Shown here piece by piece: positions 11,235 through 24,060 of a DNA stretch of 34,220 nt. Position 1 is the first letter of the stretch. Every line of letters starts with the position of its first letter. The notes beneath the pieces were generated by a model, which was not told the DNA's origin, did not search any database, and saw only the letters and a program-made list of their open reading frames with translations. Source of the DNA: Octopus bimaculoides (lineage: Eukaryota); assembly GCF_001194135.2 (NCBI RefSeq), contig NC_068982.1, positions 21,642,118-21,676,337 on the forward strand. The letters run 5' to 3'. A program made the position numbers and the translations under genes.

Positions 11235-11810
11235 TTACGCAGTAAGAAAGAGAAACATGGAATTAAACTTAATTGATACTTCATGACAGTATGCGTTTTT
11301 ACATGTGTTTTTTGTACAAAATTCACATAGTAATATTTGGTAGTCTCCTTCAGATGGTTCTCTGGTCATAATAGTAGGAGTTTTTGTAGTAACAGTTGTT
11401 CTATTGTTCCTTACTGGCAATGCTGATATTAAGCAGTCGGTCATAGTGGTGGGTATGTCGGATGGTTCTGGCGGCAGTAGAAGCTGCTATGTTAGAGATT
11501 GTAGTTCTAGTATCTGTTTCGATATCACTAGTAGAAGTAGTATTGCAGATTGAGCACTAGTTGTAAAATTAATGGTGGATATGGGAGAAGCATAAAGTGA
11601 GAAACTTGTCTTTCTGAAGACGCCGTTGATACGTTGGAAGTTATTCATCTGCTCACCATCAAACAGTTTTCTTCTCTTCCCACCATTTCATTAGAACTAC
11701 GGTATTTTCAGTTCGACATTTAATGATTACGTTTTATGGATACTGTTAAGTTGTTTTTGCAGAAATTATCAGGAAATGTTCAGGTTATACATCACCGTCT
11801 AAATATAGTG
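11235..11810 (-). pseudogene. Putative decayed exon: short globular segment followed by a Ser/Thr-rich (mucin-like) tract
   Basis: Strong acceptor ctctatcttcttctccttaatttttctag|CAC. With stops and frameshifts it translates as ALYLDGDV*PEHFLIISAKTT*QYP*NVIIKCRTENTVVLMKW...SFSLYASPISTINFTTSAQS/NTTSTSDIETDTRTTISN/PEPSDIPTTMT...TTVTTKTPT..LLCEFC. Family not recognised. Confidence 0.35.
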
Positions 11811-11920
11811 CTAGAAAAATTAAGGAGAAGAAGATAGAGAGTGATGAAACTGCGTTTACAAACTGGAATGCATAAAATACAAGGGTGTGTATATTGATTA
11901 ACAACCTAAACCACTTAAAA
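11588..11920 (+). repeat. Inverted segmental duplication, arm 1 (~333 bp)
   Basis: Reverse complement of 13445-13752, with long identical blocks and one ~27-bp indel. Confidence 0.92.
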
Positions 11921-11994
11921 AGTAGTTATGGCATTTGTGACAGTAGCATCAGCATCATTAGTGGCTGCAGTAGTACCTTTAGTAGTAGTAATCC

Positions 11995-12004
11995 TCTCTC
12001 TCCA

Positions 12005-12074
<70 letters not shown>

Positions 12075-12090
12075 CTCTCTCTCTCTCTCT
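11995..12090. repeat. (CT)n(CA)n(CT)n compound microsatellite
   Basis: Directly visible. Confidence 0.93.
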
Positions 12091-12895
12091 CGTACGTTGT
12101 TTAAAAATTGGTGGATATTTCGTTACCAAAGTTATTTCTTTGTTGACGCGTTGCTGTTGCGATGTATCATCGGCAAATTGATATACGTCGAACATCTTAA
12201 AGTTTGGTCGTTTCTTATCGATTAATCAGATTTTATTTTTCATTTATACCATCTGATTTCACATATCTAACACGTTTCTTATAAAACTATTAATGTGTTT
12301 GTGAAATGGCTTGACTAGGATGTCTAAAATTTACTCAGACACTTATCTTTATAAGCTGGGCCAGTTATTATTGTTAACTTCAAATCATTTGGCCAAAAGA
12401 TATTAATGTATAAGACCTGTCGTTTCTTTGCTATTTCACAACTTTTCGCATTTGTTAAATTTTGACATGCCATAGAAGACACTTGGTTTACATTTAAAGT
12501 TAATAATATCGTTGTACTCTTAGCTTGTGTGCTCTTTCCTTCACAAGTTTATTAGTCGAAGGTTTCTCATTTTTTGCCCACTAAGATTTTGAGCATTTTC
12601 ATGGGATGTATTATTGTTAAACATAGCACAAGATTTACAGCATTCTATATTTGTAAAATTTACTGCATTTCCTTTTTTAGCTTCTTCAATTGTTAATTCT
12701 TTATCAACATCAAGACATGCCTCTCAAGTTCCAAATAAAAGCAATCCCTGAAGAACAAGAAATGCAAACAATGTCAGTTGACAAAATTAGGAAGGGAATC
12801 ATGCTATTAAACTTCATACAACAGACGAATGGGGAAATTTTAAACCCAGTCATCAAGGTCACACAGAATTCAGACAAAAATATAAAAAGATGTTA

Positions 12896-13140
12896 ATTTT
12901 CGAAAATGCGAAAATGTGAAAATGCGAACGGAAATTTCATGAAATTTTTGTGGTTTGGGAGAATAACCAGCGACGGTTTTGAAAAATATGAAATTTTATC
13001 CAGGCGCGAAATCGTTATGATCTCACGGACGTTGACAGTTGAGGAATCAGCAACGAATTTTCCGTTTGTTATGGTTTTGTCAAATTTTCCGTTTGTTACG
13101 TCTTTGCTAATTTTTTTTCCGTTTGTTATCTTAAATCCGT
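12896..13140. repeat. Iterated-motif segment, possibly a DNA-transposon subterminal region truncated by the gap
   Basis: tccgtttgtta occurs at 13061, 13088 and 13118, there is a partial inverted aacggaaattt near 12928, and gaaaatgy occurs three times at 12902-12927. Confidence 0.45.
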
Positions 13141-13444
13141 NNNNNNNNNNNNNNNNNNNNNNNNNNNNNNNNNNNNNNNNNNNNNNNNNNNNNNNNNNNN
13201 NNNNNNNNNNNNNNNNNNNNNNNNNNNNNNNNNNNNNNNNNNNNNNNNNNNNNNNNNNNNNNNNNNNNNNNNNNNNNNNNNNNNNNNNNNNNNNNNNNNN
13301 NNNNNNNNNNNNNNNNNNNNNNNNNNNNNATATATATAAACATATATACAGAGGGATAGAGTAAGGCAGGCAGACAGATAGACACACACACAAACAGGTA
13401 GGTAGTTGGGTTCCGAATAATTGCTAGCTTGATAATCAGTTTCA

Positions 13445-13752
13445 TTTTAAGTGGCTTCGATTGTTAATCAATATACATACCCTTGTATTTTATGCATTCC
13501 AGTTTGTAAACGCAGTTTCACCACTCTCTATCTTCTTCTCCTTAATTTTTCTAGCACTATATTTAGACGGTGATGTATAACCTGAAAATTTCCTCTTAAA
13601 TTCTGCTAAAACAACTTAACAGTATCCATAAAACGAAATCATTAAATGTCGAACTGAAAATACCGTAGTTCTAATGAAATGGTGAGAAGAGAAGAAAACT
13701 TCCAATGTACAACTTCATCTTCAGAAAGACGCAAGTTTCTCACTTTATGCTT
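13445..13752 (-). repeat. Inverted segmental duplication, arm 2 (~308 bp)
   Basis: Reverse complement of 11588-11920. It carries the same acceptor (AG at 13553-13554, + strand). Confidence 0.92.
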
Positions 13753-14126
13753 AACGTTTCTATGATATCTAATTCAGGCACTTTCTGTGCTCTAACTTTA
13801 GAAACAAAAATATAGCAATCATGCTAAAAACATAATACGGTGTAAATTGAACTTTACATTTTAAACGTCAGAAGCATGGTCTTCATACCAGTCACAAATG
13901 TAAATTTCAAACAGTGAAGTCACATTCAATAAAATAATTTTACATTAGATTATTGTGAACATATATTAGTCATCAGGTAATTCAGTAACGTGGGTATTAA
14001 GAACATCTGTGATGTTCGATATTGTAGTGTTCTATCCGTTTGTCCCTAATTAATTCTTCAAATATGTTTAAAATCTGGTAGAATGTGTTTGCCATCAGTG
14101 ATTTTGTCTTATTGTTACATACCCGA

Positions 14127-14334
14127 CAGAATCGTTAGCACTCCGGGCAAAATGCTTAGCGGTATATCGTCCGTCTTTACGTTCTGAGTTGAAAGTACGC
14201 CGAGATCTACTTTGACTTTCATCCTTTCGAGATCGATAAAATAATTACAAGTTGAACGCTGGGATTGATGTAATCGACTCATCCTTCCCTTCTCCAAAAT
14301 CGCTATTCTTGAGGCAAAAATTTGAAACCATTAA
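14127..14334 (+). mobile_element. tRNA-derived SINE, copy C (same family as A and B)
   Basis: cagaatcgttagcactccgggcaaaatgcttagcggt...ttctgagttgaaag..cgccgag...gatcgataaaataa...tttgaaaccatta. Confidence 0.85.
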
Positions 14335-14499
14335 TACTGGCCTTATCATTTGGCACACTAGGAAACTTTTGATATTTAATACTTTTTTTTTCACTTTAGT
14401 TAAACGCAGTGGTTTCGGATTCTTGGAAATTTTCCTAAAATAGTAAGATGGGCTGGCTTTTGTGAATTGATTGTGTGACACCTTTTACATTTAATTCGG

Positions 14500-14875
14500 A
14501 AAAGATACCGCTTTATAAAGAATGGCATTATGGTGGTGATTGGCAATTCATTTTGGAACGCATAAAGAATTGCATAATAAAAATTGAGAAGAATGTTTCC
14601 AAAAACAAGCTTACCGAGTTAGTTTTAAAGATCACAGTACAGAAGGCTCTAGGCACAATTAAATTCTTGGACATAATTTTAGTTCTTAATAATGGTATAT
14701 ACTGTGCTTGTATAAACCTATTGAGGAATTGATGCATATTTATATATGATGAGCAAACATCCCCAATAATTGCAAACATTTGTAAAACACTTCAGTTAGG
14801 ATATATCCAGTTCATATTCCAACGACATTTTAGGTGTTTTCATTGCTTTAATGATATACTAAAATTATCACCTCA
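14500..14875 (+). mobile_element. Penelope-like retroelement RT C-terminal relic
   Basis: LERIKNCIIK...LKITVQKALGTIKFLDIILVLNNGIY resembles the PLE RT consensus ERIKK.IIKIF..LKITV..N...VNFLDVTL.LNNG.Y. Downstream frame-shifted SKHP and FNDILKLS resemble SNHPP and YN.ALK.S. Confidence 0.55.
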
Positions 14876-15332
14876 AAGATAAAATAAATGGTAAACTTTA
14901 AACTATTGCTAGATTTAATATCATCCTCTCGGCCTTGAATGCTTTTGATGGTACTACTTGAAGTACTGAGGCCCGATCAGCTGTTTTATGATATATTCTT
15001 TGTTCTCAGTCTATCCTACTTTGAGTCTCAGAGACCATGAAATAGTTTAGCGCAGTACCTCTCCTCTAAACTAAGAATATCATTAATATTCACAACCATA
15101 AATTTGTAAATGAACTAACACACGTTTGAATTCTTTAAAATGGCCGTTTTAATTGTCAGGATTTCATAGAACTGTAATATTTCTCCTTACACTGCAGACA
15201 TCACGAGGTCGTTAATAGAAGTAGTATTAAGAAGTGTTATTTGTGCAGCAAAATTTTCGCTTTTAGCATAAAACAGAAGTAAAAGCTGAAACAATATTTT
15301 CATACGGAAATGGCAAATCTCTCTCTTTTCAG

Positions 15333-15443
15333 ACAATTACAACAAAGTTATATTTTCTCCTCAAAGGGAAATATTAGCAATAGCTTATCAAGCTTTGTTT
15401 CCCTTGCAAGTAACAGTGACACAAATAGCTAAGTGGCATATCG
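15333..15443 (+). CDS. Candidate 111-bp symmetric (phase 1-1) exon, unknown product
   Basis: Acceptor aaatctctctcttttcag|, donor G|GTAAAT, open frame DNYNKVIFSPQREILAIAYQALFPLQVTVTQIAKWHI. No recognised homology. Confidence 0.2.
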
Positions 15444-16140
15444 GTAAATACCTTTACAACAAGATTCTTGCAATTCATGTATGCATTCATGAAAGATGAA
15501 AGACGTTTCACTAATCCCCTATAGAAGTATATGTGGAGGTTTAAGGGCTATAATATTAAGGGTTGTAAAATCGCTACATGGGAAGTCCCGAAAATCTTAC
15601 GCTCTCTTTTTAGTTTTGAACAAAAGAACAGTTTAGTGAACACTTGCAGACACTTTTATGGCTGTATCTTGAGGAATCTTTAATCACCAGCAAGCAGAAT
15701 TGATACACTTCCTAAACAATAGAATTCTCATAGTCTCATAGTCTTGTCGTATGATTAAAAAATTCATTTATATATCAGCACGAAAATTTACTTGATAATG
15801 GTCGCCTTCATTGCTTATAAATATTATACTGAACTCACGGAAAATTTATGTGGTTTTGCATGCGAATAGGTTATTATAAAGCATGACAGTTGATTAGCAG
15901 AATGTACAGCATATGTCTAACAGGCTTTCAGTTGCCTCTTGAGTATCGGTGATAAATCATGTTTCGATGTGTTTGCGCATATTTTTGTTATTTTTTTTTT
16001 TCTTCATCAGACACCTTCTTGAATTCAATACTCGGAATAAACGATAAAGTAAAACTCTTAGTTTAACATTCACGAAGATTCAACTAATAATATTATCATT
16101 TTTTCTCGTTGTTGTTTCGTTCATTCATCACACTCATAAC

Positions 16141-16141
16141 A

Positions 16142-16240
<99 letters not shown>

Positions 16241-16357
16241 AAGAAGAAGAAGAAGAAGAAGAAGAAGAAGAAGAAGAAGAAGAAGAAGAACAGCAACAAC
16301 AACAACAACAACAACAGCAATAATATAATAATACTAATGATAATAACAATAACAACA
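16141..16357. repeat. Compound trinucleotide (TAA)n(GAA)n(CAA)n(TAA)n
   Basis: Directly visible. A further (TAA)n lies at 16519-16578. Confidence 0.95.
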
Positions 16358-16516
16358 GCAACATTTTTTTTACATAACTCATTTGATTTTTTTTAATGAA
16401 CAATTTGGTGTGTTTATTTTATTGGCCTATCGATGTATACAGGGACATTTTTAACTTACGTGTCGGAAAGACACTCAGTAAGAAATAGATATAAAATTGA
16501 AGAACGAAGAAGAACA

Positions 16517-16581
<65 letters not shown>

Positions 16582-18948
16582 TTGATTGGAATGAAAATTT
16601 TTGATTTTTAAAATTCTTTGCGTTGCCTTCCGGATAACTATGTTTTTCAAGTTGGTTTTATGCCAGAAATCAGATGCTATTTTGTGCTATTTTGTGCTAT
16701 TATCTCTCGTAACGCCATTTAACAAAGCAAATTAATTTTCATTTATTTTCGCGAAAACAAATTAACGAATATTTTAAAATCCATATTGGTTTTACGTGAT
16801 TCGTAATGACGTCAAGTGAACAAAGCAATACCCTTAGAAAATTAAAAAGGAATTCTGTGAATGAGAAGGAGCAATATGACAAACAAGCGTGCCTTGCAGC
16901 GAGATTTCAAAAACGGTAAATTATTGATGAAATAAGAATTTTGGGAACTCACTAGGCAGCACAAATAATACTAAAAACAGATTTCAGAGAAAAAACATCG
17001 TCGAGCGAAGGTTATGCAGACGATGGGATTTGTGCCAAAACTATATACTTTTTAAATATGGTGTTATTCCTACGAAAGGCGCAGTAAAGTTAAATCTAGA
17101 AGCACGTACACGCTAGCAAAATATAAAATGTTGCAGATAACGAAACAACTGAGTTAATTAGGCCTCTTGAAAGGCATATAGTTGGGTACTCAGTACCATC
17201 GAAGAGCCACTTAAGAGAAACTCGAGCAGTTATGTGAGATAGCAGCGCAGGGAAACCAATGACAATTCTGCCGCACCTTGACTACGTGAATGATCCATAG
17301 TTATTTGGCACGAACTATTTGCTTCTTAATTTGTAGTCCAATACATTGACATCATAAAATAAATGTAACAGCATAGGTTACAGGGAAAGGCATTCATGCA
17401 AAGTACGTGTTGTTCGCTTCGAAGACCAATCATGGCGTGTGGTCAGTGCCCAAGCAGAAAGAATGTGACGTATTTTCGTTTGAGTGTCCATTTGTTTGAT
17501 TTAGTTGAGATACGTACACGGGATGAACAACTGCAAACTCCCGAGTCAAATTTTTTCACACTCAACTAGGCAAGGGGGAAAAGAAATCATGGAAAAGCTA
17601 CAATGATATCCAAATATAGTGTAAAAAGCAATATGAAATGGAAAGAAACTGATTATGATTAAATGGCAAGCCCAAGCGAAAAACCGACTTATGAAATCAT
17701 ACCAAAACGGTGGCTGGATGCAGAAAAATAAATGACTGTCCATAGCAGAATTTGAATCTGTCGTTAGCAAAGTGTCAAGATTTCTTTGTTTCAATCAAGG
17801 TGGCACTTAGTGTTAACAGATATGTGAATTAATTGATGTGTATGTGAATAAGTATAGAAATTCGTGTATGTATGCATCCATGGAATATGTATTTCGACTG
17901 TTCCTGTATAATGCAATTTTAAGACAGATAAATATATAATCGTCGTAAAAGTTTCTTTTATTTCTCACTCATTGGCGTACGATCTTTTTAGGTACTAGAA
18001 TCATTTTAGTGTCTGAGGGTGATATGGGATTTTAACCATTCGTTTAAGTTATTTTGATGATATGGGACATAAGTTAATTCTGCTTATGAATGTTAATGTA
18101 TCTGTGTTTTTTCAAGTGTCTCTTCGTTTTAGTTATATCTAAATATCCCTTCATTTATATAATTTGCTCTAAACATATGTATATTCTATTTATAACGGTT
18201 ATTTTCCGAAATCCTTAACACAATGTATATTTTCATCACAATTGCTAAGTCTTTAAACCAATAATTACCATAGTTGCCAGTTTGTGTAAATTTATGTTTT
18301 AAAAATGCTAACTTGGAATTATAGCAGTAATTTTGAAACCTCTGATAACATCAGATATTTCTAAAAGTAATTTCGGCTATTACATCTTACTAAAGGCACA
18401 CATTCAAGAACATATCTGGAAGAAAGAAATAAAGACACAAATAAGCAACCCTATTCAAACACAAGAGTGTGACCGAACATAAATTTATAGAAACGGAGAC
18501 AAATTCTTCCGCTAAATATATCTTTATATGGTGGGAATGTGTGCTTGCATATTGTAGATACGATAGACTACAAGAATAATTCTGAAAGCAAAATTATTCC
18601 CGTAAAATTCTATTGCGTTATCTTGATTAAAAATTGCTTTTATGTTTAAGTTTACAAATTTCATATAAATCTATAAATTACATACTTAAAAATAAAACAG
18701 TAAATTGGAAATTTAAACTTATTAATATACAAATGTTTAATATAGGTCTGATATTGGCATATTTTTATATCTGGTAGACGCAATATAACTTATGTTCCAT
18801 GATTAGAACATTCTCTTCTTAACCAGTTATTTTCTGCATCAGTTGGAAGAGCAATTTTGAGAAAAGGTTAATATTTAATATATGAAATATGTAGTTGTAG
18901 GTACAAGCAAACAAATAGCAAAAAGAAGAAAAGAAATACACACATGCA

Positions 18949-18984
<36 letters not shown>

Positions 18985-19009
18985 TACACAAACACAAACA
19001 CACACACAC

Positions 19010-19047
<38 letters not shown>

Positions 19048-20785
19048 GCATACATATTCATATACTTATAAATAAATGAATAAATATATATATANNNNNN
19101 NNNNNNNNNNNNNNNNNNNNNNNNNNNNNNNNNNNNNNNNNNNNNNNNNNNNNNNNNNNNNNNNNNNNNNNNNNNNNNNNNNNNNNNNNNNNNNNNNNNN
19201 NNNNNNNNNNNNNNNNNNNNNNNNNNNNNNNNNNNNNNNNNNNNNNNNNNNNNNNNNNNNNNNNNNNNNNNNNNNNNNNNNNNNNNNNNNNNNNNNNNNN
19301 NNNNNNNNNNNNNNNNNNNNNNNNNNNNNNNNNNNNNNATATATAATATACGTCAGAGATAAGTTAAACATGATAAAAAAATGGTCCGAATAACTTAGTT
19401 ATTGCTTAATCTTTGCTCAATATTTATTAGGAAAAAACATATATGAATCAATATTCATAATAAAAAGGAAATATGAAGTAAAATTAGATCAGGAAAAAAA
19501 AACAGAAGCGAGAACAAGAAGCTGCAATATACATGAAATGCAATATAAAGGTTATTTGAATTTCAGGATATATGCTGCCATATTCGATGCTAACATTTAA
19601 TGTTGGGAGTTCGTATGCTATAACAACATGCTTCTGAGGTTATTTACAGTAAATTAAGTTACACAGATGAGAAAAATGACGTAAGAACAAATTTGTTGAT
19701 TAAAATATAAATCCATATAAGAATCAAGCAATAAATTAGAGTGTAAATAAAATGTTATTAAGATTAAGAATGTGTAAATTTAAATAAAAGCGTTCAAAAT
19801 AGCCTGAAAGAATGGGTAAATCAGTGAACGCATACAAGCATAGATATAAACATATTGATATGATAAAACGAAGACCTCAAAGTTATAATATCACAGTATG
19901 AATTAATTATTTCATTGTCATTTGGAGTTGATAATATTTTCTTTCCCATTCGCTATTTATACCGTTATATACTTGCGATAATCTTCACTAAACCTAAAAT
20001 AACGTTTAAGGAGGTAGTGTCATTTAGAAGAGAACATTTGCAACAGACACAAATATTGGGTTCAAATAATGAGACAGAAGAAATTAAATTTAAAATTAAT
20101 TGATTTATGGTAAATGGCTATGATAGACGTGAATAAACAATGTATCTCCTCTGGATTGGAACTTGTATTTTTGCTTTAACAAGTATTTTCAATTATTCCT
20201 CTCTTAGTGCGTGCTACTGCACAAAGTTTACAGGATTACACGTACGTATATGCTCAAGTGCACACATGCACACACAAGATTTTCGTTTACACATCATGAC
20301 ATGTTTTTAGTGTCTAGTCTTTCACAGCAAATACTTGTGGTGACATTTGCATTATGGTGGTTCCTTCAAGCTAACTTTGCTCTTATTAATAACATGCGAT
20401 TTACTAATATAAAGTACAGTTTTCAATGAACCCAGTCTGATTTCAAGGCATGTAATTCGCTTTTTGCCGCAGTTTTATTCCGTTGCACAATTTCACAGGC
20501 ACGAAAATATACTAGCAGATTTGGTCTAGTCTGTTGTACTCGATCGATAAGTGCACATGGCAGTCTAACGCCAAGTTATTGTAAAAGTTTTATGAATAAT
20601 TTTTCAAACGAGAGATGGACTAGCATGAAGTAGGAGGAGGATCCAGTCTAGTGAAGAAGAAAGAGTTAGCATGACGTTTAATAATTTGATGGGGCTACGA
20701 TGTTTTTTTTTATTCTTTGAGAGTGTGAATGGGTATTAACCCCGATATAAGATTGTGATATATAGCAGCGATATGAATTCATTGG

Positions 20786-20792
20786 AGCACAC

Positions 20793-20832
<40 letters not shown>

Positions 20833-20894
20833 ACACATACACGCACGCACACATATATACACACACATGCTTATTATACAGATAAATAGGTAGG

Positions 20895-20941
<47 letters not shown>

Positions 20942-20979
20942 GTAGGTAGGTAGGTAGGTAGGTAGGTAGGTAGGTAGAT

Positions 20980-21037
<58 letters not shown>
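20786..21037. repeat. Compound (CA)n, (GATA)n/(GGTA)n, (GA)n microsatellite
   Basis: Directly visible. Confidence 0.95.
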
Positions 21038-21041
<4 letters not shown>

Positions 21042-22162
21042 CAAACTAAAGGAAATCGCACAAAGTGCGCAGTGGCAAGCATCTGACCAAGAAAGATGGA
21101 TGGATAATTTAGCAATTATTCAAAGTGAATTATTAACTTATTGAGAATATTTTCGTATAGTGAAAATATAAATCAAACGCCCGAAGGGAAATGCGATTGA
21201 CTCCGATTACATAAACATGCCGTTCTCCAGAAAAAAGAATTTCTACAGAAATAACATGTCATTAAGGCAAAATATCGCTTTCGTCTTTTCCATAATAGAG
21301 CAAAATATGTATTCATTTCTGCTATATTTCGTCTTCGATGAGCAACTTCTTTCTTTGGATGACAGGTTTTCAAAACACGCTCGATTCATAAAGGTAAAGG
21401 AACCTTGAGGCATCGCGGTGTCCTGCGGGTCATATTAAGAATTAAATATGTACGTTGCTATTGTTTACCGTACAAATGATGGTTTATTATCGGTTTGGAA
21501 GATATCAGCACGCATCAACAAATAATTTGTTTGCTGAATTCCTTAAACAAGTGTAACAATTTATATTTAGGTAAATTGACACGGATGTAGTTTTGACTAA
21601 ATAAACACAAGGGTGACGACACCCTATAGGGTCTCGATGTCTCCTGTGTTGTGAAGGCACATCGTCTGAAAGGCAAATCTAAGAGCGAAATACAACAGCG
21701 ATTTTCAAATTCACATTCGAAACTCCAACAACGCAATAAGAACGGTTATGAAAGAGGAGAATATTAATGCAGGAATGTAAAGAAAATTCTGAGATTCTTT
21801 CTGTCAAAGATTGAAATCAATACTATACAACTATAAATTTTCGAAATGTTTCTTGTCGCTCAAAGAAATTAATAAGGAAACTATGACACTATAATTACCA
21901 TCACTTGCTTTTGGCTTTCAAATCTCTACTCTCTCATTGATATAATGCTTCAAAATAACTCAAACACCAGTTATGTACACATGAAGTAATACAGTATGTG
22001 TATTTTTCATATTACTGTCTACTTTTTAAATTAAAAAAAAAAACATTTTGAAAACGGAAATTTCTGGTTAATCTATCGACTGACCTTTGTGAAAGACCGG
22101 TAAAAATAACTATCGTTATCTATTATTTACTTTATTTATCGATATTGCTACGAACTGTAAAG

Positions 22163-22592
22163 ACATTTGCCTCAACGGTTCATTGGTAGGAGATACGTAC
22201 ATGCCATTGAATTCTGAAAATTTTCCTTCCGGCATCGTTCCTTCAGAGGAAGAATATTAGGCCGTTTGTGTGTCCTTCATAATATTTTCTATTTTTCTTT
22301 GTCTCTTCTACAATAATCTCTGAAAAAGATCCTCATAGGTCAAAAATTCCAAAACAATTTATATCTATATATATCGAGTGAGAGAGACAGAGAGAGACAG
22401 TGATTTAAATGCATGTGTGAGTTTGCGTAGATGATTGTCTGTATAGTGTAATAGAAAATATATTCAGACGGCGCTAACGCAGTGGCATATTCAGTCATAG
22501 TCATCAGGAAAAGCGGCGGCACTATCGAAATTCATTTGGAAACCAAGCACAAATATCATACGGGCATTCTAGTATGGTACACCAGCTTCAGG
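22163..22592 (+). pseudogene. Possible decayed CUB-domain exons (22163-~22300 and 22431-~22592)
   Basis: Two phase-1 AG acceptors. The first segment reads DICLNGSLVGDTYMPLNSENFPSG..EEY*AV (C...S.NFP...W-like). The second, after removing one A, reads DDCLYSVIEIYSDG...SGGTIEIHLETKHKYHTGILVWYTSF (C.YDY.EIYDG...SG....F.SD....GF...Y-like). One stop and one frameshift are needed. Confidence 0.35.
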
Positions 22593-23899
22593 GAAAGAAT
22601 TCAAGATAGACAGTTTTGCTTCAAAAAGAAAAATGCACATCCTTAACTCTGCGTAAACTTAAACAATGGTATGGTCACATCTCAATAACAAGAAGCAATA
22701 TATTTCAGTGTCTAGAAATCTACAAATGATGAAATTATCAAGTCAGAATATTTCCTCCCTTGTAAATGCATATATATATATATATATATANNNNNNNNNN
22801 NNNNNNNNNNNNNNNNNNNNNNNNNNNNNNNNNNNNNNNNNNNNNNNNNNNNNNNNNNNNNNNNNNNNNNNNNNNNNNNNNNNNNNNNNNNNNNNNNNNN
22901 NNNNNNNNNNNNNNNNNNNNNNNNNNNNNNNNNNNNNNNNNNNNNNNNNNNNNNNNNNNNNNNNNNNNNNNNNNNNNNNNNNNNNNNNNNNNNNNNNNNN
23001 NNNNNNNNNNNNNNNNNNNNNNNNNNNNNNNNNNNNNNNNNNNNNNNNNNNNNNNNNNNNNNNNNNNNNNNNNNNNNNNNNNNNNNNNNNNNNNNNNNNN
23101 NNNNNNNNNNNNNNNNNNNNNNNNNNNNNNNNNNNNNNNNNNNNNNNNNNNNNNNNNNNNNNNNNNNNNNNNNNNNNNNNNNNNNNNNNNNNNNNNNNNN
23201 NNNNNNNNNNNNNNNNNNNNNNNNNNNNNNNNNNNNNNNNNNNNNNNNNNNNNNNNNNNNNNNNNNNNNNNNNNNNNNNNNNNNNNNNNNNNNNNNNNNN
23301 NNNNNNNNNNNNNNNNNNNNNNNNNNNNNNNNNNNNNNNNNNNNNNNNNNNNNNNNNNNNNNNNNNNNNNNNNNNNNNNNNNNNNNNNNNNNNNNNNNNN
23401 TATATAGTTGACACGAAGGAAAACAAAAGAAAGAAACCTCGATTTTATGCAAATATATATATACGTATATATATATATATATATACGTAAATGTATGTAT
23501 GTATATGTCCATGTTGTGTGTGTATACGTCTGTGTACATACGCCCATTTGTACACATGTACGTACATATATATGTGTGTGTATTTATTTACATATATTTG
23601 GCAAAATATGTACGTATACTCACGCCTATATGTTTGTGTATGTGTGCGTACGTGTGTGTGAGTGTACAAGGATACTTACATGTGTAAATAATATATACAT
23701 TTACACACACACATCAATTCATCCAAGGTCAACCCTTGCTTTCATCCATCCATCTGATCTGATAATATTAGCAAGCAGAAGTTGTTTGCTATGGTTTTGA
23801 TAAAAGAAATTTGAGATATCAATACTCATTCTTTCACAAAGTAAAGAGCGCCAGACAGCGATATGGACGCCAGATTAAGAATCTTCTTGCTTAACAGTC

Positions 23900-23977
23900 T
23901 GTTTCTTTCTCTCTTTCTCTCTCTGCTCTTTCTCTCTCTCTATCTCCCTTTCTCTCTCTGTTCATCTATCCATCTCT

Positions 23978-24056
<79 letters not shown>
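23900..24056. repeat. (CT)n microsatellite
   Basis: Directly visible. Confidence 0.95.

Positions 24057-24060
<4 letters not shown>

Noticed and set aside
15950-16015. Second hammerhead-like pattern on the minus strand (GGUGU-CUGAUGA...C-GAAAC-AUG...CACC)
   Set aside because: Stem II cannot form (poly-A insert, no 10.1-11.1 pair) and the U16.1 position is not U. At best a dead relic.
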